A stretch of 64,000 bases of DNA from the human T2T-CHM13v2.0 reference genome, Homo sapiens. Position numbers and translations under genes: made by a program. The stretch is taken from the NCBI RefSeq assembly GCF_009914755.1, contig NC_060940.1. One strand, given 5' to 3'. Of this stretch, positions 30,508-43,918 are shown piece by piece (positions within the stretch are counted from its first letter, which is position 1; every line of letters begins with the position of its first letter). A model generated the notes under the pieces. The model saw only the letters and a list, made by a program, of their open reading frames with translations, did no database searches and was not told where the DNA came from.

Positions 30508-31504
30508 TCATCAGCCAGAAGCTGACTCCCAGAGCCAGCCTGTCTCTGCAGGGGCAGCTGGGGGTGTGGGCTGAGCCTGTCTCTGAAGGGGTAGCTAAGG
30601 GCGCAGGCCGAGCCCACCTGATGATGGACGCAGAGGCCAGAGCTCGGGGCTGCTCGGGGGATGGGCGCTGACTCGCAGCACCCGTGAGGGATTCACCCAC
30701 TGACTGCACAATGCTGAAACACTGAACTAAAACGAGGTCTCTGCAGGCCCAGAGAGCTCTGTTCCAAAACACACATTTCATAAAGGAGGCCCAATGTGAA
30801 AAAAAATCTTAATGTCTGGGAGTTATGTCCCCATACAATTAGCTCTAATACAGGCAGCCTGCAGCTGACATTAACTCAGAAGTCGCAAACACCCATTTAT
30901 GGCTTTGAGGTCAACATCAGACAGGAAGACACTTATGTCTGTCTTGCAAGCAGCTAAATTCTTCCAACAGATGACGAGAAGTAAGGGGCTGGCCTGGAAT
31001 CACCCACTGAGGCTCCAAAGGCCGGGGGAAAGAACAGCCCCGTGGACCAGGGCCTGGCCTCAGAGGGCTTCTCAAGCTCGGGGAGAAGTTCCAGGGCCCA
31101 GAGGCAGGTGCAGCCATCGGCACTGTGGTCAGAAAAAAAGCAACAGGCATTCCCTGTACAGGTGCCGTGGCCAGGCCCTGCAGATCCATAAACTAGACAG
31201 GGAAGGGCCCGGGAGCCCCCATATTCAGCACGTCAGGGACTGTCCTGCAGGTTAGCTGGGGACGGAGGCTGGACAGGTCTTCCTGGTCAGTGGCTGCAGC
31301 ACGTGCTGTGACTCGCAAACTGGCTCTGAGCCCACTGTGAGGTATTAGGAGTTCTGAGATGTTTGAAGGGTAACAGAGCTTTTTCCTTTTTTAGCTATTC
31401 AAACATTTATATTAGCGAAAACAACACTCCAACACTATTTGTATGCCTCTCTCTGTAAACCCCCCAGTCACCGTTATCATACATGGAACATGAAGAAAGC
31501 CCCG

Positions 31505-31659
31505 CCCAGACATCCAAACCCCCTCCGGGAGCTGGAACTGTGGCACCCTTCCCCCCACCCAGACATCCAAACCCCCTCCGGGAGCTGGGCCTGTGGCACC
31601 CTTCCCCCCACCCAGACATCCAAACCCCCTCCAGGAGCTGGGCCTGTGGCACCCTTCCC
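31505..31659. repeat. Three copies of a 53 bp C-rich minisatellite (FBXO31 intron 8)
   Basis: cccagacatccaaaccccctcc...tgtggcacccttccc units start at 31505, 31558, 31611. Confidence 0.93.
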
Positions 31660-31811
31660 TCCGTGACAGGAAGTTTAGCGGGAAATACAGACACATAGCA
31701 GCATACGCACATAGTGGCTTGGAGGTAAAAGGAAAATAACTGTAACTTGACAATGGCAGAATGACTTTGATGCCAGGAGACTGACAGGCGGACCCTCAAA
31801 ACAGCCCCCAA

Positions 31812-31968
31812 GGCCACTGTCCAGCAGAACCCTCTGTGGTGATGGAATGTTCTAGAGCTGCACTGTCCACCAGCCACATGTGGCCATGGAGCACTTGAAA
31901 CATGGCCTGGGCGGCTGAGGGCCTGGATTTTTCATATTCAGTTTCAGTTCATTTGAATTTAAACAGCT
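31812..31968. mobile_element. MER3/MER33-like hAT-Charlie element
   Basis: ctgtggtgatggaatgttcta...agccacatgtggcc..gagcacttgaaa. Confidence 0.7.
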
Positions 31969-32771
31969 CTAAAGGGTAAGGACACGGGGCAGGGCCTTGT
32001 TCATCTATGAGGAGCAGCCTGAACGGCAAGGGGCCCGTGGCACTGAAGGCGGTGGCCCAGACAAAACTGTATAAAAAAAGTCAGCGAGACAGGAGCTGGC
32101 AGCTGTGCAAGCCTCGTCCCATGTCAGCCGCCCAAGCCCTGCAGTGGCAGCGGCAATGCCAGCCCCTCCCACGCAGTCGCAGCTGGTGTCCACTCCACTG
32201 GCCACCAAGGCACTGGCCCGGCACAGCAGAGGCAGGCAGGCACAGAGGAGGGAGGGGGCAGGAAAGCAGGACCCACATCTGAACCACGCACCGGGAGATG
32301 GCCAAAGGTGACCGGCAAGACGCTGTCCAGGAGGACACCAAACCAGACGGGCTTTCCACAGGGTGGGTGGGGAAGGGGCCTTGTTCATTCTCTACTTTCA
32401 AAGCTGCTGGACAGTTTACATGATATTTCACTTGATTGACTGCAAACAAGTAGCTTTAGAAGCCCCTGGGGGAGCGGCACTATTGCAGGGATGTGAGGCA
32501 TCTGGAAGCCTCATGCCCCTGCAGCTCTGAGGTACCCCAGAAGGGGTGGAAGGACAGGAGCCTCCAAGACGGGACCCAGCTGCGCGGCCGCTTGCTCAGG
32601 TGCTGGGGAACATGGCCCAAGGGGTCAGAGGCCGCACTCCTGTCCCAAAGCACCGGCTGCCGCCCTCTGTGAGGTCACAGGCCCTCTCCGCCTGTGCTAG
32701 GTGTGGGGCTGGGGCCCTCGCTGAAGCCCATGCTGTCCCACCTTCAGGCCCCAGTACCCGCCGCATCCTTA

Positions 32772-33191
<420 letters not shown>

Positions 33192-33959
33192 TCAGCAGGG
33201 CTCAGGCCAGCAGCAGCAGCAGTACCACTGTGTGGGCTCCAGCCCAGATCCACCTCTGGCTGAGCGAGCTGGCACCAGCCCTCCTACTGACTTAGCAACG
33301 TCCCTTACAGAAGAAGAAGTCTCAGAATCCCTTAGAAAGTGGCAGGGCCAGCAACACCTATGAGTGCCCCTGAGGACGGTGGCTCATACCTGCTCAACTG
33401 CGCCCAGAGAAGTTCAAAGAACATCCCAGAGCTGGGCAGCAGCCCAAGGGGGCAGCCCACATCTGTCTGCCTGAAAGGCAGAGCTCGGGAGCCGAGCCCT
33501 GGGAAGATGCGTCAGCCCCAAAACTCCGTGAGGAGTCCAGGAGCCAAAACTCTGGGGTCCAGGGAATGCCCCATTATGCCAGATGTGGCCCTGATCCCTG
33601 GAGGCTCGGGGAATAGGCTTTGCCCCTTCAGGCGCTGTCTGCCAGGATCCCCAATAACCATTCAGGGCAGGCGGGCAGCATGTGCCAGGAGCCCTGGCAT
33701 GGGACAATGAGCCCCTGTTCACTGCTGGGCTCACCACACAGCCCACCCTCAGGCCACTCCAAGGAGAGGAGCTGCTGAAGCTCAGACAGGGTGGGAGCTG
33801 TCTGCAAGCACAAGGGTCTCCATGCAGCTGCTGGAGGGGCCCCTTTCCCAGGCTGTCCCCAGTTAAATCTGAGCCTCTGTGTGGGGTCTGCTGTCCAGAC
33901 TTCCTAAACCCCACAGGGCTGCCAGGGTGGCCGGGGCTGAGCGGTGCTGTGGGAAGGCC

Positions 33960-34095
33960 ACCTTGGAAGCACACAGACTCCCTGAGGGTCTCGTGGAAAT
34001 GCAATTCTGGTTCAGTGGGGCTGGCTGGGGCCCGAGAATCTGCTTTCCCAAGCTCCCGGGGCTGCAGGTGCAAGCCCACTCTGAGGAGCAAGGGT
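33960..34095. mobile_element. MER5-like hAT element
   Basis: aatgcaattctggttcagtggggctggctggggcccgagaatctgc. Confidence 0.6.
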
Positions 34096-34178
34096 GCCGG
34101 GGATCAGTGTCTGCCCAAGTTCCCTGACTCCACAGCCCACTTGGGCCAGGTGCCCCCAGAGCCCCACCAACCAGGTCA

Positions 34179-34451
<273 letters not shown>

Positions 34452-34804
34452 TCAGCTCAACCAGGGCCAGGTGTCCACCAGGCCTGTGGGCAGCAATGCG
34501 CCCAGGGGAGCCCTCACCCCCACCACCCACCAGCACGCACGCTTCCAACAGGACTTCTGGGGTTAAGGGGGGCATCAGCGCCAGGGCAGAGCTTTAGGTG
34601 GGAGGGAAAAGGAAGTGCCAGTTTGCTCCATTACCCAGGAGAAAGGAGCCCAAGTCACCATGGAGGGGATCCCCGCACTGGGCTGAGCGGGGCTGAGCTC
34701 TAGAGTGCCAGTGTTGGCAGGGGTGACAGGAAATCAGATAAAAACAGACACCCGGGTGAAGGATGGGGTCTGGGGCTGTGCCACAGCAGCTACAGGGAGG
34801 CCTG

Positions 34805-35030
34805 CACTCCCAGCACCCACAGAGAGAGGGGCTGTGTTCCAAGTACCCACAGAAAGAGCGAACTATGCTCCAAGCACCCAGAGAGAGAGGGGCTGTACTC
34901 CCAGCCCCCAGCAGGAGAGAGGGCTGAACCCCAGCACCCACTGAGACAAAGGACTATGCCCCAGCACCCACCGGGACAGGGCTGGTCCCCAGCACACACC
35001 AGGAGAGGGCTACCCCAGCACCGAGCAGGA
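34805..35030. repeat. Degenerate minisatellite, about 30 bp unit, about 8 copies, next to the exon 6 donor
   Basis: Recurring ccccagcacccac..gagagaggggctg. Confidence 0.8.
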
Positions 35031-35040
35031 GCCGCACTCA

Positions 35041-35169
<129 letters not shown>

Positions 35170-37688
35170 TCATGAATATCCATATGACAGGAGGCTGTGA
35201 AGAGGCTGCCGGCTGTGCCGCTGAGAGGACACAGTGTGTCCTTCTTTGTCAGTGCACAGGCACCTGCAGGGCCCTCTTGGTGGGGGAGGATGGACTTGGC
35301 GCTGGGAAGAGAAAGGGGAGCTGCCGGATTTGACCCCACGTCAGAGGTGCCTGCCAACAAAAAGTGAAGGTTCCGGGCCCTTGGTCTGCTGGGTCGGAGG
35401 CAGCAGGGGCTACAGGGAGCCCAGGTGAGGCGGGGGCCACAGCCATGACCAGAACTCAGGGTGGGCCTCCCTTCCATGCCCACCGGTGGGGCAGGAACAG
35501 CATCTACACAGACTCTGGCCCTGCACAGCACAGCCCCTCAGCCTGCTTCTCTGGCTCCTGGGAGCCTGAGTGTTCCAGAAGCCCTCACCACCAACCCTGA
35601 GCCGTGCGAGTCAGCCAAGGACGATGCACTGAGCCCTCGGCCAGTGACTGGGTGGATTTTCCTTTTTCAAAGGAAAAGCAGGTATGTTAAGGCGGTTCCC
35701 AAAAACTCCGCAGCCCCACCAGTCCGCCCTGCATTCTGCCATCACATGGTGCTGAGGATATTTCGTGCTTAATGGTTTGATTCTACACAATTTACAGAAT
35801 TCACCCAAACTTCCAAGTTCCCAGCTCAATACAGTGTTTCCAGTCATTATCTAGACCTAACTCTGAAAGGGACGCATAAGCAACTCACAAAAAAGAGGAA
35901 ACACGATGGTCAATCGCTTTCATACATCACTGCTCCAAACTCCGACAAGAAACAGAAATCACTGCAGGAGCTGCACTGAGCACCTGGCAGGACCACATGG
36001 TCAACACAGAAGCCACCTGGATTTTTATGTCCTAGCAGCACAAAATATAAAAATAAAATTTAAAAAAATTCTATGTACAAAATCCTCAAAAAAACATAAG
36101 ACTTGGGAATAAATGTTACAAAATACGTTTAAGATCTATTCTGAAAACCACTAACCACCGCTGAAAGGAAGTAAAAATGCCTGGGTACACAGAGATGCCA
36201 CGTGTGGGGTCTGGGACCCATCTTGGCCTCATTCCAAGAGCACTTCTCTCCAGATTGATCTACAGATCCGACCTCACGCCAACCACAAGCCCACCAGGCA
36301 CTACACAGACTGGACTCGCCAAGTCTGAAATTCCTACGGAAAAGCAAAGAACTGGGACAGACAGGCCATCAGGAAAACGAAGAGCAAACGGGAGGACCAG
36401 GCTGCTCTCAGGACTTGCCCAGTATAAGCTCCCGTCATGACACGGCGTGCAAGCCTCAGGCCTCACACGGGCACCAACAGAGCCAGGAGCCCAGAAACCC
36501 TCATGTGGACCCAGCTGCCTGATTGCAGCGGAGGTGCCCACACCTGCCCCTCAGGAAAGGAAGGTTTTCAGCAAGGTGCTCCGTCAGTTGGGTTTTCATA
36601 TGGAGAAGAAGGAACCACGACCCCGCCTTATGCCACACACAAGATCATTCAAGATGGGGCACAGGCCTCCACACAAATGCAGAACCTGATGTGATGCTAC
36701 CAAACTTCTATTAAAAAAAAAAAAAATGGAGCCTATCTTTGCAAACTGAGTATTTTAGGACTCAATTTTTAGGACTTTTTTAGGATTCAGAAAATAACCA
36801 TAAAAGAAAACAAAAAGTTTCACAAATTGGACCTCATCAAAATTAAAACCTGAGTGGCTGAACTTGAGGAAAGGCTCTTTAAATAACAGATAGAAACAAA
36901 AGTAACTGAATGTAATGAACAAAGATTTCAATGTTACCGCTGTGAGTACTGCGACTTCAACTTGACACCATCAGGAAGATGAGCATGTGTAGCCATGACC
37001 TCGCTTTACATAAAGAGGTCCAAGCAACGGGACCACCAACCAGACCCTGTTACCCAGAATAAGGCCGTCCCAAGCATGTTTATTATGAAATTACTCATCA
37101 GAGCAACACATACAAGCCACAAGAAAAAAAAAAAAACAGGGAGCCCAGGACATGCACGACAACGATCAACTTCACGTTGACCCAGGGCCTGCTCACTCAA
37201 CACATTGTACTCGCGACCCTCGTGGCAGCGCCGGCAGAGGGGGCTGAGGGTGACAAGGATGCCTGCTGGCTGCTTGAAACAGGAGCATGGCCCATCCTCC
37301 CTTCTCTGCTCCTTTCACAGGTCTGAGATTTCCAAAAGCCTCAGTCTTGGGGCGGGGGAGGCGGGCCTGAAACACACAGGGGTGGGAAGGGACATGGTGG
37401 CTTGCCCTGGCCCGGCACCCATACAGAAAAGGCCAGGTCTGGGTGGGCCCGAGCGTCCCATTTCTCACAAGGACCCACGGCTGAGGGAACCCACAACCCT
37501 GGGAACATCATCAGATCATGCCAGTGACGCAGCCTGGGTACAAGGAATGGCCTCCCGGGGTGGGGGTGACCCACACAGAGATGCAGGGATGCCAAAGAGA
37601 CTGCATTGCCCTCGAAGCCTCCCCTGTCCAGAGCCTGGCCCCTCCAACCTCCCTGGGCAGACAGGACTCCACTCCCTTGGAACCTGCT

Positions 37689-38045
37689 TGATGTGGTTTG
37701 GCTGTGTCCCCACCCAAATCTCATCTTGAACTGTAGCTCTTCCAATTCCCATGTCATGGGAGGGACCCCAGGAGGTAACTGAATCATGGGGGTGGGGTCT
37801 TTTCCATGCTGCTCTCATGATAGTGAATAAGTCTCACGAGATGCAATGGTTTTATAAAGGGGAGTTCCCCTGCACAAGTTCTCTCTTTTTTGGCCTGCCG
37901 CCATGTAAGATGCGCCTTTCGCCTTCCACCATGATTTGAGGCCTCCCCAGCCACATGGAACTGTGAGTCCATGCAACCTCTTTCCCTTATAAATTACCCA
38001 GTCTTGGGTATGTCTTTATCAGCAGCGTGAAAATGGACTAATACA
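37689..38045 (+). mobile_element. Solo THE1 (MaLR) LTR, 357 bp
   Basis: tgatgtggtttggctgtgtccccacccaaatctc ... aaatggactaataca; TSD ctgct/gtgct. Confidence 0.93.
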
Positions 38046-38740
38046 GTGCTGATCCAGAAGTTCTCAGCCAGCAGAGCTCAGGGCAGTACCGAATTCCTGT
38101 CCCTGATCTTTCACCTCAGTTGTGAAAATTATCAGGATGTGTCACCATGTCCAGACCTCCTGGGATGTCCTCTTCCTGGAATGCAGCTCTCCTGGTGACC
38201 TACCTGCTCTCTGGCCTTTAGTGGAGAGGAGCTCCCAGCTGATGCATGAATCCACAGACAGCCCCACCCTCTGAACCCCTACACGTCGTGAGAGAAAAGC
38301 AGCGAGGACACTGCAGGCCTCAAGATGAACGAAGTGACTGTGGGAGCAGGTGACAAGCCCCACAGGAGGGCGCAGCCAGTGCAGCCCCTGCAGAAGAGGA
38401 GAGGCTGCTCTCACTCGAGGATAGGTGGTACAGCACCGTCAGCAGCCCCAGCCTCTGCCCTACCTGGGACAGTGGCACCCTCACCCTGTCAACTCCCGGA
38501 GGGGGAGCTCAGAAGCGGGACGAGCCGAGGGAGTATGTCGGATGGGGGTGTGGACATCACACAAACGGCAGCACCCCATACACTGACCGTAAGCGTGCTG
38601 CTATTCCAATTGCAAGAAGAGACAGCAAGGGGATGTTTCTGGGAAATAGCTGCTTCTAGAGTTCACACAGCAAATAAACAAGATGAGCCGGGAACATTCC
38701 AAAATAGAAGAGGAATACAGGCAATTAAAATACAGTGATA

Positions 38741-39188
38741 GGCCAGTGCAATGGCTCACAGCTATAATCCCAACACTTTGGGAGGCTGAGGTAGGAGGAT
38801 CACTTGAGCCCAGCCTGGGCAACACAGTGAGACCCTATCTCTAAGCCATAAATAAAATAAAACATAGCGATAAAACTACAAGAATTCGGCCGGGCGCGGT
38901 GGCTCGCGCCTGTAATCCCAGCACTTTGGGAGGCCGAGGTGGGCGGATCACCTGAGGTCAGGAGTTCGAGACCAACCTGGCCAACATGGGGAAAACCTGT
39001 CTCCGCTAAAAATATAAAAATTAGGCAGGCATGGTGGCAGGCACCTGTAATACCAGCTACTTGGGAGTGAGGCTGAGGCAGGAGAATCACCTGAACCCAG
39101 GAGGCGGAGGTTGCAGTGAGCCAAGATCATACCACTGTACTCCAGTGTGGGGGACAGGGCGAGACTACATCTCAAAAACAAACAAAAA
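38741..39188 (+). mobile_element. Alu monomer (38741-38862) plus AluS (38888-39188) within old L1 remnants
   Basis: TSD aaaacta(c/t)aagaat around the AluS. Confidence 0.9.
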
Positions 39189-39562
39189 CTATAAGAATGA
39201 GAATAGTGTGGTACTGACATGTGGACAGACATATGGATCAGAGTATCAAGTCCAGAAATGAACCAAGTATACAGGGTAACCTAGGACAAAAGCAGCGCTA
39301 CAAATTGATGTAGGAAGTGTGGTTATCACGCATCCAGTGTGGAGATAACAGATCAGGTCTGCACAGAACCAAGGCTGGGGCTAAGCCTTACATTTCACAT
39401 CAGAATAGATCCAACGGAACCAGACACAGACACAAGAGAAAAATAAAAGCATGAGCTCATTTGTAAACATATGTGCTTCAGGGAGAGATCTCAGGATGGC
39501 ACTAAACTGAGAGTCTTTTAAAGAAAGATGGATACATCTGCTTATGTAAAAATTAAAAATAC

Positions 39563-39705
39563 GGCTGGGCGTGGTGGCTCATGCCTGTAGCCCCAGCACT
39601 TTGGGAGGCCAAGGCGGTAAGATCACTCGAGCCAGGAGTTTGAGACCTGCCTGGGCAACAAAGTGAGACACCCTCTCTCTTAAAAATTAACATTAAAAAT
39701 AAAAA
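39563..39705 (+). mobile_element. FLAM/left Alu monomer
   Basis: Single monomer with A-rich tail. Confidence 0.85.
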
Positions 39706-40260
39706 ATTCCATGGATGGAAAACACACCATAAGAGAAATCCAAAGACAAAAAAAAGGAATAAGAAAAAAACCTGGCAACTCCTATCTGGAAGGGCTTCGA
39801 TTTCCTAATAGTTAACAAGCTCCTACAAACCCACTTGAAACCCGCCAACACCAAACAGAAACAGAGGCACAGGCTATGACCAGACAGTTCATGAAACAGT
39901 TCATAAAACCACAGAGAGCTCCTGATCCCAAGACACTAGGCTGGTCTCACTCAGAATAAGGGAAACATAAACTCCCCCCATCAAGATTCCAGCAATACCT
40001 TCCCTCTCACCCTCACTCCTGGGTGTTTCTCTCATTTCCACAAGGAGCACATGTTGTTATATTTACAATCAGGAAAAACACTACTCCAGTTCAAAATCAG
40101 TGAGCCCACACACAGAAGTAGGCTTACAGAAACTTTTCCTAATCCCAAAGTATATAGTACCAGAAATGTAATATGGTTTTCTTTTTTAAGGGCTCAACAG
40201 CTGAGGAGTTTCTATTCTTGAAAAATCTGTTGACATTTTTCACTTAAATGTGAACCATAA

Positions 40261-40539
40261 GGCCAGGAGCAGTGGCTCACACCTGTAATCCCGGCACTTT
40301 GGGAGGCCGAGATGGGTGGATCGCCTGAGGTCAGGAGTTCGAGACCAGCCTGGCCAACATGGTGAAACCCCATCTCTACTAAAAATACAAAAATTAGCCA
40401 GGCATGGTGGCAGGTGCCTCTAAGCCCAGCTCCTCAGGAGGCTGAGGCAGTAGAACTGCCTGAACCGGGAAGGCGGAAGTTGCAGTGAGCCAAGATCACG
40501 TCACTGCACTCCAGCCTGGGCAACAGAGCGAGACTCCGT

Positions 40540-40568
<29 letters not shown>
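40261..40568 (+). mobile_element. AluS
   Basis: Full Alu with poly(A). Confidence 0.95.
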
Positions 40569-40570
<2 letters not shown>

Positions 40571-40816
40571 GAACCACAGCAATCACACACATACGTTGTG
40601 TTTCTGTATATAAAATCAAATCTAAAATAACAGCATAATTAAAACATTTCCGTTACTGATCATCTTCACATGCCATCTATTCAAGAAAACAGGAACGTCA
40701 CTTACTTGCAAAGAATTCCGAGAAACAGGACATTTGGTTCATCTCAACCTTCTCTGCAGTCCTCTGGCTGATGGGGAAACCACCACAACTCAAACTAGCT
40801 AAGAAAAGCACACCCT

Positions 40817-41237
40817 GGCCGCGCGCGATGGCTCACACCTGCAATCCCAGCACTTTGGGAGGTCAAGGTGGGAAGACGGCTTGAGCCCAGGAGTTTGTGA
40901 CCAGCCTGGGCAACATGGCATAACCCCGTAGCATGGTAGCATGCCTGGCTAATTTTTTGTTTTTCCTTTTGAGGCAGGGTCTCACTCTGCCACCCACATG
41001 GGAGTGCGGTGGTGCGCTCATAGCTCACTGCAGTCTCCACCTCCTGGGCTCAGACAATCCTCTCACCTCAGCCTCCTGAGTAGCTGGCATGCCACCATAC
41101 CCAGCTAATATTTTTGGTTTTTGTAGAGACAGGGTCTCACTATGTTGCCCAGGCTGGTTTTGAACTCCTGACTTTAAGTGATCCTCTTGCCTCAGCCTCC
41201 CAAAGAGCTGGGAATACAGGTGTGAGCCACCGCACCT
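40817..41237. mobile_element. Plus-strand Alu left arm fused to a minus-strand AluJ (inverted junction about 40930-40950)
   Basis: Orientation switches at agcatggtagcatgcctggctaatttt. Confidence 0.85.
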
Positions 41238-41448
41238 TCCTTCTTAAGAGTATTTTGAGAGGGCAGTAAGACTTAGATCCTTGAAAGCTAAAACTCAAGG
41301 GCAATATTAAAATACTCAGGCAAACAATCACACACAGGCTTCCCCGCTGCACTGGCACGATCCGGAAGCCTCCACACGGTCTGCTCAAGGATGGGAAACA
41401 CAGGAACTCTGGGTGCAGCCCTCGGGTCTCCCTGCAGCTCACATCCTA

Positions 41449-42105
<657 letters not shown>

Positions 42106-42142
42106 TCACACACAAGGTGTGGCAGATGACACGCTGTGCTCA

Positions 42143-42652
<510 letters not shown>

Positions 42653-43731
42653 CTACAGGAGGAGATGGGCAAAGGTCCATGAGTGGCTCCCGGGCCAGAG
42701 CAAGGGCGGCCCCGCACGGCTCCCCGCACTGCAATCGCACAGAGAAGCTCCTGCCAGACCAGCACATGGGACCTGCACGCCCACCCTCGAGGTGCCTCGA
42801 ATCCCAGCACTATCTTCCAGCTCTGAGATGCAGGTGGACACCAGGAGGAGGCAGAATAATCCAGAAAGTGACACGGGGTGAGGTGCCGACCAGACAGAGG
42901 GAAAGGGGGTGCATCTCCCAACAGGAAAGAGTGAACAACAGCAGTGCAAGGGCCTCGTTCGCGTCCTGAGCTGAACAAATTGCCATTCAAAGGAGGCTTT
43001 GAGATGATCAGGGAAGCATCCCATGGCCTGGGCAACAGGCAACACAAGGACCGTGTGCCACTTTTGTCAGGTGTGGCAGTGACACGGAGATGCAGGAAAC
43101 ACCCCCTTTCTTAGGGCGCTGCCCGGAGGGACGGACAGCTGAAATGCCACGGGCCTGGGATTTGCTTCAAAACCGAAGTGCAGGAGAGGAGAGAGACGCC
43201 AAGACCCCGGGAGGGGCGCTCAGGAGCGGGAAGAGCCGAGGAGTGCGTTGCCCGTGCGATCTCGCGTGTCCGGGCGCCGATGGTGCAAATGCAGAGGCGG
43301 GTGGGCCCCAGCACGCTCTGGCCACAGCAGCCACATGCTTATAAGGAAGGACAGCCTAGCCTCACCCCATTCTGGGAGAGCTGGGACCCATGAGACTGCC
43401 AGCTCCAGCAACCAAGGAGAGAATTCCATCATTTCTGTGGCTCACGAGCCTGGGTCAAGCGTGAGCTGGTGCTGTTCTCTCACAGACTCCACTTTCCCCA
43501 ATTATCCACTGCTTTTTGTTTTTTGGGGTTTTTTTTTTTACTCTATTACTCACTGCCAGTAAGTAAAACAATTACCCTTCCTCCACTAAAAGAAAGGAAA
43601 GCAATCTGCCCACCCTGTGAGCTGCCGGGCTGGTCTCTCAGAGGAAACATCCTAAAAGCAAGGCTGGAGCACGCGACGCCCAACACAACAAACGCAGAGC
43701 GGGTTTCTCCACAGCGGCTCCCAGCAGATGA

Positions 43732-43918
43732 AAACCCCACCTGGGGGCAAAACCCATCCCTGCCCCAAACCCCACCTCCGGCAGCGCCCATCCCTTCCCC
43801 AAACCCCACCTGGGGGCAGAGCCCATCCCTGCCCCAAACCCCACCTGGGGGCAGAGCCCATCCCTGCCCCGAACCCCACCTGGGGGCAGAGCCCATCCCT
43901 GCCCCGAACCCCACCTGA
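43732..43918. repeat. 35 bp VNTR, about 5.3 copies (FBXO31 intron 3)
   Basis: aaaccccacctgggggcagagcccatccctgcccc units start at 43732, 43767, 43801, 43836, 43871, 43906. Confidence 0.95.

Noticed and set aside
43130-43310. CpG-rich patch as an internal promoter
   Set aside because: Under 200 bp, no clear core-promoter elements, and the gene body is generally CpG-rich here
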